Source: a virus
Direction: 5' to 3' (one strand)
IMG/VR virus record: IMGVR_UViG_3300040759_000032
Span: 68,428 to 132,427 of that record
Length of the DNA stretch: 64,000 nt
Made by a program: the position numbers and the translations under genes. Position 1 is the stretch's first letter. Each line of letters starts with the position of its first letter. Below the pieces are notes generated by a model. That model saw nothing but the letters and a program-made list of their open reading frames with translations, searched no databases and had not been told where the DNA came from. This document shows positions 27,007 through 37,190 of this stretch, piece by piece.

Positions 27007-27432
27007 CTACCGGAACCACGTCCGCCCGTCCCGGTGCCACGTCCCCTCCGGATGAGGCTCAAGCTCGCACCTGAGCGGCGTCGGGCCCTGCGCCGGGTCG
27101 AAGTACACGGCCTGGCTCGGATGCACGGGGATCCGGTTCATGATCAGCTCGTTCCGGAACGCGACCTTGACCGACTCGTCAGGCGCGAACAGGACGGCCT
27201 GGCAGAACGGGTCCGGGGGGAGTGCCGCGCGGGCCGCGTACTCGTCGGACTCCCGCGCCGACGGCCACCTCCCCGCCGCCCATAGCTCGTCAAGCCACCG
27301 TTCGAACTGGGCCAGCGTCAGCGTCCCCGCAGGTGCGGTGATCTCCGGGTCAGGCGGGACGGGGTACCTCGCCGCGAAGTCCGCCCGCACGGCGCCGGCG
27401 ATCGCGGTGAAGAAGTCGTCCCAGTCGGTCAC
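27007..27432 (-). CDS. Hypothetical protein
   Basis: GTGA overlap; last gene of the minus-strand operon. Confidence 0.6.
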   Translation of the reverse strand: MTDWDDFFTAIAGAVRADFAARYPVPPDPEITAPAGTLTLAQFERWLDELWAAGRWPSARESDEYAARAALPPDPFCQAVLFAPDESVKVAFRNELIMNRIPVHPSQAVYFDPAQGPTPLRCELEPHPEGTWHRDGRTWFR

Positions 27433-27833
27433 GGGCTCGCCGCCTTTACTCGCCCCGTCACCGGGCTGACGTGCGGAGCCCACTCCCGCCTGTACCCGCC
27501 CCTGAACCTGTAGCCGTGACCGAGCAGGCAGAGAGTCTCGCACCAGCCGTCGGGACGGACGTCCGCGTACCCGTCGGGGTCGCTCATCTCATGGCACTGC
27601 GTGCAGCCGAAGTCGAACGGCGTCCCGTACGCCCCGGTCCTCGTCGGCGCATGCTTGTGCTCCCGGATGATCGCGAGCTCGGCGCGGCACCGGTCCACGC
27701 GCTCCCGCGCCTCGAAGTAGTGGAAGTCCCCCTCGCGCTCCCTGCTGAGCTGATAGGCCGCCTTGAGCTCGCGCCACCTGCGCAGGTCCGCCTCGATCTT
27801 GGGCCGCAGCCACGCCGCCAAGTCGCCGCTCAC
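27429..27833 (-). CDS. DUF6221-like protein
   Basis: LAAWLRPKIEAD...CTQC...CETLCLLGHGYRFRGGYRREWAP. Confidence 0.65.
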   Translation of the reverse strand: MSGDLAAWLRPKIEADLRRWRELKAAYQLSREREGDFHYFEARERVDRCRAELAIIREHKHAPTRTGAYGTPFDFGCTQCHEMSDPDGYADVRPDGWCETLCLLGHGYRFRGGYRREWAPHVSPVTGRVKAASP

Positions 27834-28144
27834 GGCTTCCAGGCCCTCGCGTCGTAGCCGGCCCTGAACCGGTAGCCGTGACCGAGCTGCCGCGCCACGA
27901 TGCGCAGCACTTCCGCCTGCTTCAAGGGCTTGCCCTCCGCTCGCTCCCATGTCTCCGCCAGGTCATGGAAGTCAAGGACCGCCAGCCCCGCCTCGCACCG
28001 GGCTATCTGCTCCCTTGCCTCGAAGAGCGCCTCGTGGCGTCCGCGCCGGCTGCTGGCCAGGTATGCCTCTTCACGGGCACGCCACCTGCTCAGGTCCGCC
28101 TCGATCGTGCCGCGTAGCCACGGGACCAGCTCGTCACTCGCCAT
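27830..28144 (-). CDS. DUF6221-like protein (tandem paralog)
   Basis: LVPWLRGTIEADL...LGHGYRFRAGYDARAWKP. Confidence 0.65.
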   Translation of the reverse strand: MASDELVPWLRGTIEADLSRWRAREEAYLASSRRGRHEALFEAREQIARCEAGLAVLDFHDLAETWERAEGKPLKQAEVLRIVARQLGHGYRFRAGYDARAWKP

Positions 28145-28622
28145 CGGCCACCCACTCGAAGCACATCTCGTCAGGCAGATCCCCGGCGAACCGCTCGTTG
28201 ACCAGATCCGTGACCTCCGGCACGAACGCGCGGGCATGGGCGAGCGCATCGCCGAACGCTTCCTTCAGGTACATGCAGCCGACCGCGGCCTCGGCGCAGC
28301 CGGACCGCTGGCAATGCCACCCCCAGGACCACGGGGAAGTCTTCCGGAGGCGGGGCCGGTGCACCTCAGCCACGAGCCCGAGCCGCCGCCTGACCTCCTC
28401 GATCCACTCGCGGCGGTCCCGGACCTCGGCCGCCCGCTTCTCCGCCGCGAACGCTTCCCGGATCACCAGCGAGTTGCGGAGCGGCGAGAAGTAGATCGGC
28501 CTGGGGTGCTGGCCGAGCATCTCGCTCTTCAGGTCAGCGCGCGTCACCCAGCCGCGCCGGATGAGCGCCTCCGTCGCCCGTTCGTACCGCTCGCGGGCCT
28601 CCGCGTGGATGTCATCGCTCAT
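28134..28622 (-). CDS. Hypothetical protein
   Basis: Coupled ORF in the minus-strand operon. Confidence 0.6.
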   Translation of the reverse strand: MSDDIHAEARERYERATEALIRRGWVTRADLKSEMLGQHPRPIYFSPLRNSLVIREAFAAEKRAAEVRDRREWIEEVRRRLGLVAEVHRPRLRKTSPWSWGWHCQRSGCAEAAVGCMYLKEAFGDALAHARAFVPEVTDLVNERFAGDLPDEMCFEWVADGE

Positions 28623-28921
28623 CTTCCGAGCCCCTCGATGACGTGATCATGCTCCGCGCAGTACAGCACCGCGCCGCCGTGGTCGCCCGTCTGCTGCTCG
28701 GCTAGCCAGCGGTCGAGTTGCAGGTCCCCCTCGCGCGGGCAGCCGTCCTTGTGCACGTACGGCGCCCTCCCGTCGGTCCGGTAGCTGCCGCAGTCAGGGC
28801 AGGCGCCCACCCGGTGCGGGTTCGCCTCCCGCACGGGACCGCGTGGGATCAGGTCCCGAAACGGATTGCCGGACGGCTGGCAGTCCGGGCCGATGTCGAA
28901 CGGGATCAGTTCCTCGCTCAC
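28619..28921 (-). CDS. Hypothetical zinc-binding protein
   Basis: Leaderless GAGAAT-6-GTG; CPDCG...HKDGC. Confidence 0.6.
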   Translation of the reverse strand: MSEELIPFDIGPDCQPSGNPFRDLIPRGPVREANPHRVGACPDCGSYRTDGRAPYVHKDGCPREGDLQLDRWLAEQQTGDHGGAVLYCAEHDHVIEGLGR

Positions 28922-28947
28922 CCGCCCATTCTCGCGGAGGTGAGGCG

Positions 28948-29604
28948 ATGGTCGGCGCGCCGAGCCTCCTCGGACCGTTCGGCGAGACCGACCGCCGGCA
29001 GCCGCACATGTACGCCCGCGACATCCGCTCTGACGCAGGGGCCTGCGTCTGCAAGGCCGACCCGTGGGACGGCGTGCACTCGGCGATCGCGCCCGGCCTC
29101 GGCGCGTCGGAGCTCGCCGCCGCGATCCGGAAGAGCATCGCCGGAGAGCCACGGGAGTTCGCCGACGACCTTAGGCGCGGCGTCGTCCGCCAGCTCGTCC
29201 CCGTCGCCAAGAGCGCCGAGAAGCAATTCCTGCTCGGCCTCGCCTACGTGGCCGGACGCGATCCGCGCATCCGCAAGGGCATGGACGGCGGCCGCGATTT
29301 CCTCGACCCCGAGGATCTCGAGCGCGCCTGCTGGAGTTTCCTCCCCGGCGGCGGCCAGGTCGGCATCGGCCACATCGACGGGACGCTCGGCCATCTGACC
29401 GTGACCGAGAACTACATCTACCGGGGCCCCGACTGGGAGCAGCCGTCCGGCCTGATCCTCAAGTCCGGCATGGCGTGGCTTATCGGGGGCCTTTGCGACG
29501 ATCACGCCTGGCGGATGGCCAAGGCCGGGCACGTGAACGGGTTCAGCCCCCAAGGCGGGGGACGTCGGCTGCGGGTTCCGGCCATGGCGGGAGGTCTGTC
29601 GTGA
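28948..29604 (+). CDS. XkdF-like putative prohead serine protease
   Basis: LGLAY...DLERACWSF...IGH...ENYI...GFSPQG; position between portal and capsid genes. Confidence 0.75.
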   Translation: MVGAPSLLGPFGETDRRQPHMYARDIRSDAGACVCKADPWDGVHSAIAPGLGASELAAAIRKSIAGEPREFADDLRRGVVRQLVPVAKSAEKQFLLGLAYVAGRDPRIRKGMDGGRDFLDPEDLERACWSFLPGGGQVGIGHIDGTLGHLTVTENYIYRGPDWEQPSGLILKSGMAWLIGGLCDDHAWRMAKAGHVNGFSPQGGGRRLRVPAMAGGLS

Positions 29605-31850
29605 CGCTTCTCTCGGGCATTGACGATGACGATGAGTTCACCCAGCTCACAGACGTGAACACCCCGCGCGCGGACATGGTTGGGGCCCCGGCTCACGGCT
29701 GGCCCGGCTGGCTCGTGATGAAGCAGGACGCCGAGGGCGCGCTGCTCGACCCGGAGTTCGTCCGGGACCTGCTCTCCAAGAACACCGACGAGGAGGCCCC
29801 CGTGCCCCAAGCAGCCGAGGCCGGGGAAACGGTCCTCCCGAACGGCATCACGCTCAAAGGCTCGTGGGCGGACGTGGCCGCGTTCATCCACGCCGCGTCG
29901 ATCCGCAAGGCGGACGGAAGCGAGTCGGAGCCCGGCGCGGGCGAGGTGGCCAAGGCCAAGAACGACACCGCCGACCGGGAGAAGAAGGCCGCTTCCGGCG
30001 CCGCGATGCCCGACGGCAGCTACCCGATAGCCGACCGGGCGGACCTCGGCAAGGCCATTCACGCGGTCGGCCGGGGCGGCGCGAGCCATGACGCGATCCG
30101 CAAGCACATCATCTCGCGGGCCCGCTCGCTCGGCGCCTCCTCCGAGATCCCCGACAACTGGAACTCTGACGGCTCCCTCAAGGGCGACGTCGCCAAGGAG
30201 GCCGCCGTGCCCGCTGCCGTGACCAAGGACATGATGGACGCCGCCGGGGACGCGATGCCCCTCGACGACGGCATGGACGGCATGGACCCGACGGTCCCGC
30301 TGGCGATGCCGGGCGACGAGATGGAGGTCCCCGGCGACCCGACCGACCCGGGCTCCCCGGCGTGGGAGGCGATCGACGCGGCGACTGCGGCGAAGTGGCT
30401 GAGCATCGCCGCCCGGCTGAAGAACGCCCTCGGGATCCTCGCCGAGCGGGAGATGCTCGAGGCCGCCAGCGCCGACCCGTCCGACGCGGAGAACGCGTTC
30501 GACCTCGAGGACGCCGCCTGCGCCGTCGACTACGTCATCAGCACCCTCGCCGTGTTCGCCGCAGGGGAGATGGCCGAGGCCGAGCTCGGCGCGGAGATGG
30601 CCGAGATGTGCAAGGCGCTGGCCGCCTTCGACCCGGCCCCGCTCGGCGTGATCGAGGGCCTGACCGCGATCGCGAAGTCCGGCCGGGTCCTGTCGTCGGT
30701 GAACGAGAGCCGCATCCGGGACGCCTACGGGGCGCTCGGGGACGTGCTCGCCAGCCTGCCTGCGGCGCCCGCCGCACCTGACCAGCCGGTCGCCAAGGAA
30801 ACGGAGGGCGCTATGCCCAACCACACAATCGATCTGCGGGGCAGGCAGCTGGCCCAGGGCTCCGCGGCGGACACGCTCGCCCGCCCCGGCCCGGTCGCCA
30901 AGACCGCCATGTCCCCCGAGGACCAGGCCCGGAACACAGGCCCCGTGAACGCGGGCGGCACGACCGGCATGGGCCAGCCGCGCACGACCGGCCCCGATTC
31001 CGCCCTGCCCGGCGACGGCCCGCAGGACATGCGCCCCGGCGACGCCCCCGGCCGCCAGGTCGTCAAGGCCTCGCTCCAGGTCGCCGTCTACGGCCAGCCT
31101 CCTGGCAGGCTCCTCGGCCTCGCCCGTCCCGAGGCGATCGTCCAGCAGGTCGCCAAGGCCGACGGCGACGGCGACGGGGACGGCAAGGTCCCCATGCAGG
31201 CCGTCTTCGACGAGAAGGGCAACCTCGTCGGCATCGTCGACCCGTCCGACATCACCCCGGTATCGGGAGCGGGCGGGTCCTCGAGTGACGACGGCGACGG
31301 CATGCAGGCCGGCCCCGCAGCAGCCGCCGCCCCGGCGGACGACATGACCCCGCAGCCCCCGGCCGAGGCGGGAACCCCCGCCGACGCGGTCGGCAAGGCC
31401 GCGGACGAGAACGTGATCACAGCGCAGACCGCGGATCTCGACAGCATCATCGCGAAGGCAGTGGCGGCAGCGCTCGGCGCGGCCGCCCCGGCGGAGGACG
31501 TCGCCAAGCAGGCCGACGTCGCCGGGGCGCTCGCAGAGGTCGAGCTGCTCAAGGCCCGTCTCGCGAAGGTGGAGGAGACGCCCGCGGCGCCGAAGGTGTT
31601 CACCAACGGGGCGGTCCCCCCGGCGGAGCAGCTCCGCGGACAGGACCGGGGGCGCAACTCCGGCCAGATCGATGTGGCCAAGGCGCTGGAGCGCCGCCAC
31701 GAGCTCTACACCGCACCTGACGCCGGGACCCAGAACCAGATCGCCAAGTCGATGCAGGGTGACGCGATCGCCGCCCTCACCGCGATCTACGCGGCCGGGC
31801 CGAGCCCTGTCCGGGTGCAGCCCGCCCCCGTGCCGGCCGCCGCCCCGTAG
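29601..31850 (+). CDS. Putative scaffold/head maturation protein with DUF6582-like segment
   Basis: AMPDGSYPIADRADLGKAIHAVGRG; recurrent VAK/VTK sites; acidic and Ala-rich; precedes the capsid gene. Confidence 0.7.
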   Translation: MTLLSGIDDDDEFTQLTDVNTPRADMVGAPAHGWPGWLVMKQDAEGALLDPEFVRDLLSKNTDEEAPVPQAAEAGETVLPNGITLKGSWADVAAFIHAASIRKADGSESEPGAGEVAKAKNDTADREKKAASGAAMPDGSYPIADRADLGKAIHAVGRGGASHDAIRKHIISRARSLGASSEIPDNWNSDGSLKGDVAKEAAVPAAVTKDMMDAAGDAMPLDDGMDGMDPTVPLAMPGDEMEVPGDPTDPGSPAWEAIDAATAAKWLSIAARLKNALGILAEREMLEAASADPSDAENAFDLEDAACAVDYVISTLAVFAAGEMAEAELGAEMAEMCKALAAFDPAPLGVIEGLTAIAKSGRVLSSVNESRIRDAYGALGDVLASLPAAPAAPDQPVAKETEGAMPNHTIDLRGRQLAQGSAADTLARPGPVAKTAMSPEDQARNTGPVNAGGTTGMGQPRTTGPDSALPGDGPQDMRPGDAPGRQVVKASLQVAVYGQPPGRLLGLARPEAIVQQVAKADGDGDGDGKVPMQAVFDEKGNLVGIVDPSDITPVSGAGGSSSDDGDGMQAGPAAAAAPADDMTPQPPAEAGTPADAVGKAADENVITAQTADLDSIIAKAVAAALGAAAPAEDVAKQADVAGALAEVELLKARLAKVEETPAAPKVFTNGAVPPAEQLRGQDRGRNSGQIDVAKALERRHELYTAPDAGTQNQIAKSMQGDAIAALTAIYAAGPSPVRVQPAPVPAAAP

Positions 31851-31866
31851 CGGCAGCACCACCCCG

Positions 31867-31898
31867 AAGCCCTCGCAGGCACCAGCCGGCGAGGGCTT
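31867..31898. other. Hairpin upstream of the capsid gene
   Basis: AAGCCCTCGC...GCGAGGGCTT. Confidence 0.5.
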
Positions 31899-31928
31899 TG
31901 CCATGCCCCCATGAAAGGAGGCACAGCG

Positions 31929-33422
31929 ATGACCGCACCCATGCAGAACGTCTCCGACGAGACCATCGCCCAGATCCAGAAGGCGCAGACGGCCGGCATC
32001 TACGAGAGCACGGGCATCTGGTCCTATGACCTGTCCAGCCTGGTCAGCCTGATCCCCGTCGTCACGCCGTTCCGCGACATCGTCGCACGCGAGAAGTCGC
32101 CCGAGGGCAACCCGTACGCAATTTGGCGCGCCCTGATGAACGTCAACTCCTCGCAGCTCGACCCCAGCATGGGGATCGACTTCGCGGCGAACGAGGCGAC
32201 GTTCGACGAGCAGGACTTCCAGGCGAAGTACGCCAGCACCGGCTACGCGGGCCTGGTGACGCAGGATGCGTTTGACTTCGGAACCGGATACGCAGATCCC
32301 TACGCAGTGGCAACTTTTCAAACACTTAATCAAGTGCTGATCGGCGACGACCGCAAGCAGCTCGGCGCGCAGAGTTTCGCCCTCGCGGCGGCGGCGGCCC
32401 CCTCGCTGACCACCGCCACGACCGGCGGCACCATCGCCGCGTCCACCCTCGTCTACGTCGGCGTCGCGGCCCGCACCGGCTCGGGCTTCTACTACGGCTC
32501 CGGCAACAGCCAGGGCAGCAGCGCGAGCGTCACCGTCGGCTCCACCACCAGCACCAACACGATCTCCGCCACGGTCACCGCGATCCGCGGCGCCGTCTGC
32601 TACGACTGGTTCCAGTCGAGCAACGGCGTCACCTGGTACTACTTCACCACGACCACGGTCAACGCGGTCACCATGACCAAGACGATCGCCGCCAACCAGG
32701 CGCTCCCGACCACCGTCGCGGACCTGTCCCTGAACTGGAACGGCGTCGCCGGCGTCCCGACCTTCAACTCCGCGGCCGACAACGGCAGCGCGAACGCCAA
32801 CGACTACGACGGCTTCCTCGCCAGCCTCAGCGGCGACTACTCCAGCACCGGCCAGTGGGTCAAGCCCGGCACCGGCACCGCCAACCCGTCGGTCTGGAAC
32901 TCGCTCAACGGCGCCGCGCTGACCCTGACCGGCGGCACCATCACCGAGATCGAGGCGGACATCTTCGTCCCCCTGTGGAACCAGGTGAAGTGCAGCCCGA
33001 CGGCCATCATGGTCAACGCAGCCCAGGCGCAGGAAATAGCCAACCTGATCCTCGGGTCCGGCTCGGCGACGACCTTCCTGAACACGGACGCCTCGGGCCG
33101 TATCTCGGTCACCGCGGGCGGCCGGGTCGGGGAGATCGTCAACGCTCCTGCGGGCGGCGTGACGGTGCCGATCGAGGTGCACGTCAGCCTTCCGCCGGGC
33201 ACGATCATCGGCCGCACGGACCGGGTTCCTTTCCCGCAGGCCAACATCAGCAACGTCATCGCCCAGCGCTGCCTGAGGGACACCGCGCAGTTCGATTACG
33301 GCATCGCGCGAGTGGCCGGTGTTAAAGGCGGAGGTCCGAGGCGTGAATTCGAAATCCGTTCCGTATCGAGCTTCGTCAATAGGGCACCAGTCGCCATGGC
33401 GACGTTGAGCAACGTGGCCTAA
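31929..33422 (+). CDS. Major capsid protein with Thr/Ser-rich inserted beta domain
   Basis: AAAGGAGG RBS; LIPVVTPFRD near the N-terminus, YDGFL, C-terminal NRAPVAMATLSNV; follows the scaffold gene. Confidence 0.75.
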   Translation: MTAPMQNVSDETIAQIQKAQTAGIYESTGIWSYDLSSLVSLIPVVTPFRDIVAREKSPEGNPYAIWRALMNVNSSQLDPSMGIDFAANEATFDEQDFQAKYASTGYAGLVTQDAFDFGTGYADPYAVATFQTLNQVLIGDDRKQLGAQSFALAAAAAPSLTTATTGGTIAASTLVYVGVAARTGSGFYYGSGNSQGSSASVTVGSTTSTNTISATVTAIRGAVCYDWFQSSNGVTWYYFTTTTVNAVTMTKTIAANQALPTTVADLSLNWNGVAGVPTFNSAADNGSANANDYDGFLASLSGDYSSTGQWVKPGTGTANPSVWNSLNGAALTLTGGTITEIEADIFVPLWNQVKCSPTAIMVNAAQAQEIANLILGSGSATTFLNTDASGRISVTAGGRVGEIVNAPAGGVTVPIEVHVSLPPGTIIGRTDRVPFPQANISNVIAQRCLRDTAQFDYGIARVAGVKGGGPRREFEIRSVSSFVNRAPVAMATLSNVA

Positions 33423-33484
33423 CCGAGAGTGACATTCCGTAGAGCGCGGCCGGATAGGGCCGGCTCTGCTCTGAGACGAGACCG

Positions 33485-33519
33485 GAAGGCCGGGAAGACT
33501 GCTCCGCTTCCCGGCCTTC
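33485..33519 (+). terminator. Terminator hairpin after the capsid gene
   Basis: GAAGGCCGGGAAG/CTTCCCGGCCTTC, 13-bp stem. Confidence 0.65.
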
Positions 33520-33539
33520 GGCATGCCCAGGGAGTTTTC

Positions 33540-33974
33540 ATGGCAGACCTTTACTCGCAGATAGGCGCCGACGCCCACGTGGACCCGGAGTACGGACGGT
33601 TCGCCCCGGACCCGCAGACGGGCGCGTTCCACTTCCCCGACGAGGTCTCCGACCGCCTCGAAAGCTTCGCGGTCAAGGGCCGGAAGCTGTGGGAGACCGA
33701 GGAGACGCGCGCCGAGCGGCTCCACGGCGTGGAGCTCGCCCGCCGCCGCGACCCCGCCAGCATGCTCACCGTGATGGAGGAGAACGCGGCCCTGGTCAGG
33801 CAGCTGACGGAGCTGACGGCGGCGCTCGCGTCGGCGCAGCTCGGCCGGGCCGCGGCTCCCGCGCCCGACCCGGGAGGCGAGGTCCGCGCCATCGCCGAGG
33901 CCGCCGTCGATGCTCCCGCCGAGGCTCCCGCGAAGGCCGCCCGCGCCCCGAAGGCCCCGGCGAAGGCCGCGTAG
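33540..33974 (+). CDS. Hypothetical head-region protein
   Basis: GGGAG RBS. Confidence 0.65.
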   Translation: MADLYSQIGADAHVDPEYGRFAPDPQTGAFHFPDEVSDRLESFAVKGRKLWETEETRAERLHGVELARRRDPASMLTVMEENAALVRQLTELTAALASAQLGRAAAPAPDPGGEVRAIAEAAVDAPAEAPAKAARAPKAPAKAA

Positions 33975-34105
33975 CCCCCGCACCGCCGCCCCCGTGAGCG
34001 CCCCGCTCCCGGGGGCCTGTTCATGCCCCGCCTCCGCGGCCGGGCAGCCGCCCCGAGCCCGACCCCGCGCGGCACTCCCGCGCACGCCCACCCGGAGGTA
34101 AAGCA

Positions 34106-34786
34106 ATGCCGAACTCACTTCTCGTCGCCGGCACGAACAACGGCCCCCTCGCCGTCGAGTCCGTCCAGAACCCGGCGACGGTCAACGGGATCCTGACCGC
34201 CCAGAGCGAGATCATCGCCCAGGCGGGCGTGTCCACCCAGGCGCCCGCCGCGGGCTACCTCGGCCAGTCGGTCACCTCGGACGTCCTGTCGGCGACCGCC
34301 GTGTCCCTGACGACCGCCTACGGGTACCTGACCCGCGTCTACATCCCGGTGCCGGGCCTGACCACCTACCTGGACGTGGTCTTCACCACCGGCAACACGG
34401 TCACCAACGCGATCTGGGGGCTCTACACCGGGACCGGCGTCAACCCGGTCGCCTGGACCGCGGAGTCCCACGCGACGGTCAGCGGCACCGCGAACCTCTA
34501 CAGCATCCCGTGGGTCACCCCGGCGAACCTGCCCGCCGGGTACTACTACGTGTACCAGGAGGTCACCGGCACCACGCCGAGCATGCCGGGGGTCACCGCG
34601 ACGGCCACCGGCTCGATCGGGGCGACCATCATGAACCCCAACAACTCGCTGTCGGCGACCGTCCCCAGCCTGAACTCGGCGTCGCTCGCCTCGGGCGCCC
34701 CGACGACGATCGGCGCGTCGACCACGCTGGCGTGGGGCACCTCGTGGGCGCTGTTCACCAGCAAGCTGTGGTACGGCATCCGCTAA
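34106..34786 (+). CDS. Thr-rich beta protein, possible capsid decoration protein
   Basis: GGAGG RBS; composition like virion proteins. Confidence 0.6.
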   Translation: MPNSLLVAGTNNGPLAVESVQNPATVNGILTAQSEIIAQAGVSTQAPAAGYLGQSVTSDVLSATAVSLTTAYGYLTRVYIPVPGLTTYLDVVFTTGNTVTNAIWGLYTGTGVNPVAWTAESHATVSGTANLYSIPWVTPANLPAGYYYVYQEVTGTTPSMPGVTATATGSIGATIMNPNNSLSATVPSLNSASLASGAPTTIGASTTLAWGTSWALFTSKLWYGIR

Positions 34787-34790
34787 GCCG

Positions 34791-35285
34791 GTGCGTCTCG
34801 TCGTCCCGTACACCAGCCTCCGGCCGGAGACCGCCGCGGCGCTGACAGCGTCCGGCTTCCCCTGGGAAGAGATCGCGGTCGACGAGGGCGACGGGTACCA
34901 CCGGCTGCTCTCGTCGCTGTGGGCGGCCGGCGAGGCGTTCGCCGTCGTCGAGCAGGACATCGTGGTGGGTCCGGGAACGCTCCCGGACCTGGCCGCGTGC
35001 CCCCGGGACTGGTGCAGTTTCGGCTACGCCTACTTGTCGAGCGGGAACTACCACGGGCTCGGCTGCGTGCGGTTCTCGGCGGCGCTGCTGGCCCGGGTGC
35101 CGGACGCGCTCGAGCGGGTAGGGCTGATGTCCGACGCGAAACACGGGCCAGGCCACTGGTGCCGGATAGATGCTTGGCTTGCGCTGACGCTCGCGAGGTC
35201 CGGCGAGAGGCGCTGCGAACACTTTCCGCCTGTCGGGCACCTGCACCGGTACCCGAGCCACGGGTGCGTTACGGTGCGCGGATGA
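34791..35285 (+). CDS. Small GT-A-like glycosyltransferase paralog 1
   Basis: VVPYT...VVEQDI...ACP..WC.FGY...LGCVRFSA. Confidence 0.6.
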   Translation: MRLVVPYTSLRPETAAALTASGFPWEEIAVDEGDGYHRLLSSLWAAGEAFAVVEQDIVVGPGTLPDLAACPRDWCSFGYAYLSSGNYHGLGCVRFSAALLARVPDALERVGLMSDAKHGPGHWCRIDAWLALTLARSGERRCEHFPPVGHLHRYPSHGCVTVRG

Positions 35286-35746
35286 TCCTGGTCCCCTACA
35301 CCCGCCTTCACCCCGCCACGTCCCGGCTCCTGAACCGGCACACCGCGAGCCACTGGCGGGTGCGCCTGGACCCGGACGACACGTCCGCGTACTGGAGCCT
35401 CCTCGCGTCCGTGTGGCGGGAGCCCGGCGAGCTCGTGGTCGTCGAGCACGACGTCGGGATCAGCGCCGAGGTCATTCCCGCGTTCGCCGCCTGTCCCGAG
35501 CCATTCTGCGGGAACCCGTACCGGATCGGCAGGCAGCTTCTCACCGCCCTCGGGTGCGCCCGGTTCTCCGCCTCCCTGAAGGCGGCGGAGCCGGACCTCC
35601 TTGAGGTCGTCGGCGAGATCGACGGCGACGGCTACCCGGCCCGCGACTGGCGGAGGCTCGACATGCGGATCGCCCGGGAACTCCGCAAACGCGGCCACCG
35701 GCAGCACTGGCACGAACCTGTTCTGAAGCACTACCGGAAGTACTGA
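35282..35746 (+). CDS. Small GT-A-like glycosyltransferase paralog 2
   Basis: LVPYTRLHP...VVEHDV...LGCARFSA...WRRLD. Confidence 0.6.
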   Translation: MILVPYTRLHPATSRLLNRHTASHWRVRLDPDDTSAYWSLLASVWREPGELVVVEHDVGISAEVIPAFAACPEPFCGNPYRIGRQLLTALGCARFSASLKAAEPDLLEVVGEIDGDGYPARDWRRLDMRIARELRKRGHRQHWHEPVLKHYRKY

Positions 35747-35757
35747 CGGCGGCCCGG

Positions 35758-36231
35758 ATGATCATCGTCCCCTATACCCGCCTGCACCCGGCGACGGCGA
35801 GGCTGCTGAACAAGCACGCCCCCGGTCACCGGCGGGTGAAACTCGACCCGGCCGACATGAGCGCCTACTGGCGTCTCCTCGCCGCCTGCTGGCGGGAGCC
35901 CGGCGAGCTTCTTGTCATCGAGCAGGACATCGGGGTCCGCGCCGGGGTCGTCGAGGAACTCGCCGCCTGCCCGGAGCCCTGGTGCGGGTTCGGCTACCCG
36001 ATCGACGGGAGCACCGCGGTCTGCCTCGGCTGCACGCGGTTCGCTGCGGCACTTAAGGCGGCCGAGCCGGACTTGCTCGAGGAGGTCGGCGAGGACGCGT
36101 CGGCCGGGCTTCCGGCGAGGGACTGGAGGCGGCTGGACGTGCGGATCCTCGACGCGCTCCGCAAACGCGGCTACCAGCAGCACCGTCACCATCCGAACGT
36201 TTTGCACTATCACCGGTACGCGGCCCGTTGA
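35758..36231 (+). CDS. Small GT-A-like glycosyltransferase paralog 3
   Basis: IVPYTRLHP...VIEQDI...LGCTRFAA...WRRLD; closely similar to paralog 2. Confidence 0.6.
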   Translation: MIIVPYTRLHPATARLLNKHAPGHRRVKLDPADMSAYWRLLAACWREPGELLVIEQDIGVRAGVVEELAACPEPWCGFGYPIDGSTAVCLGCTRFAAALKAAEPDLLEEVGEDASAGLPARDWRRLDVRILDALRKRGYQQHRHHPNVLHYHRYAAR

Positions 36232-36812
36232 GCGGCGTCACGGTCGTCATACCGACCATTCCGCCCCGCACGGAGATGCTGCAGCGCGCGGTCGCCTCCG
36301 TCGCCGCGCAGACCGTCCCGGCGGGCCTCCTCATCGAGACCGACCCGGGCCGCACCGGCTCGGCCGCGACCCGCAACAGGGCGCTGGCAAGAGCGTCCGC
36401 AGACTTCATTCTGTGCCTGGACGACGACGATCTTTTGATGCCGAACGCGGTTCAGGTGCTGCTCGAGGCGCAGGCGGAGACCGGCGCCGACGTCGTGTCC
36501 GGGGCCGCGTGGATACCGCAGCGACCAGGCCACCGGGAGCCGGTGGCGACTCCCTCGCCGGGGTGGATCGCCCCGGAGGCGGTCACGGCCCGGTCGGTGC
36601 TGCACGTGTCGTCGCTCGTGCGGACCTCCCTCGCACGGGAGGCCGGCGGATTCCAGTTCCGCAGTGACCCCGGCACCGGGATGGCCCTCGACGACTACGG
36701 CTTCTACCTCGCGCTCGCGGAGGCCGGGGCCCGATTCTGGCGCGTGCCCGAGACGGTGCTGATCTGGAACGTCCACGGGAAGAACACGTCAGGCAAGCCC
36801 TCTAACTGGTGA
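36228..36812 (+). CDS. GT2-family glycosyltransferase
   Basis: VTVVIPT, SAATRNRAL, FILCLDDDD, DDYGF. Confidence 0.85.
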   Translation: MSGVTVVIPTIPPRTEMLQRAVASVAAQTVPAGLLIETDPGRTGSAATRNRALARASADFILCLDDDDLLMPNAVQVLLEAQAETGADVVSGAAWIPQRPGHREPVATPSPGWIAPEAVTARSVLHVSSLVRTSLAREAGGFQFRSDPGTGMALDDYGFYLALAEAGARFWRVPETVLIWNVHGKNTSGKPSNW

Positions 36813-36836
36813 CATCGCGCGCGGGATAATCGAGCG

Positions 36837-37190
36837 GTGGAAATCCTCCCGCACCACTGTGACGAGCGCTGCGCCTGCCCCCGTCACGGGACGCCGCTCA
36901 TCTACTGGCCGGCCGGCAACGACCATGCCTGCCAGGACCCGGCGTGCGAGTACGCGCACGGCGTTATGAAGGCGATCCGGGAGATGGGCCGCCTGGTCGC
37001 GCCGCCTCCGCCGCGCGGGCCCAGCTGGCCGAGAGACGATCCCCGGTACGCCCGCGCGTTCGCCCGGATCACCGAGGGATACCAGGGAAGCGCCATGGTC
37101 GGCCGCCTTCAGCAGGCATGGGCCGGCGGCTGGATAACCGAGGACTTCGCGGTGCCGATGATCGAGGACGCGCTCAGGTGGCACCGTTGA
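36837..37190 (+). CDS. Moron, Cys/His-rich hypothetical protein
   Basis: Leaderless GATAAT-6-GTG. Confidence 0.6.
   Translation: MEILPHHCDERCACPRHGTPLIYWPAGNDHACQDPACEYAHGVMKAIREMGRLVAPPPPRGPSWPRDDPRYARAFARITEGYQGSAMVGRLQQAWAGGWITEDFAVPMIEDALRWHR

Noticed and set aside
29502-34118. 1538-aa minus-strand ORF and similar long antisense ORFs (7857..9839, 46033..48249, 53072..54787)
   Set aside because: Antisense shadows of GC3-rich genes; no motifs, and they fully overlap well-supported plus-strand genes.
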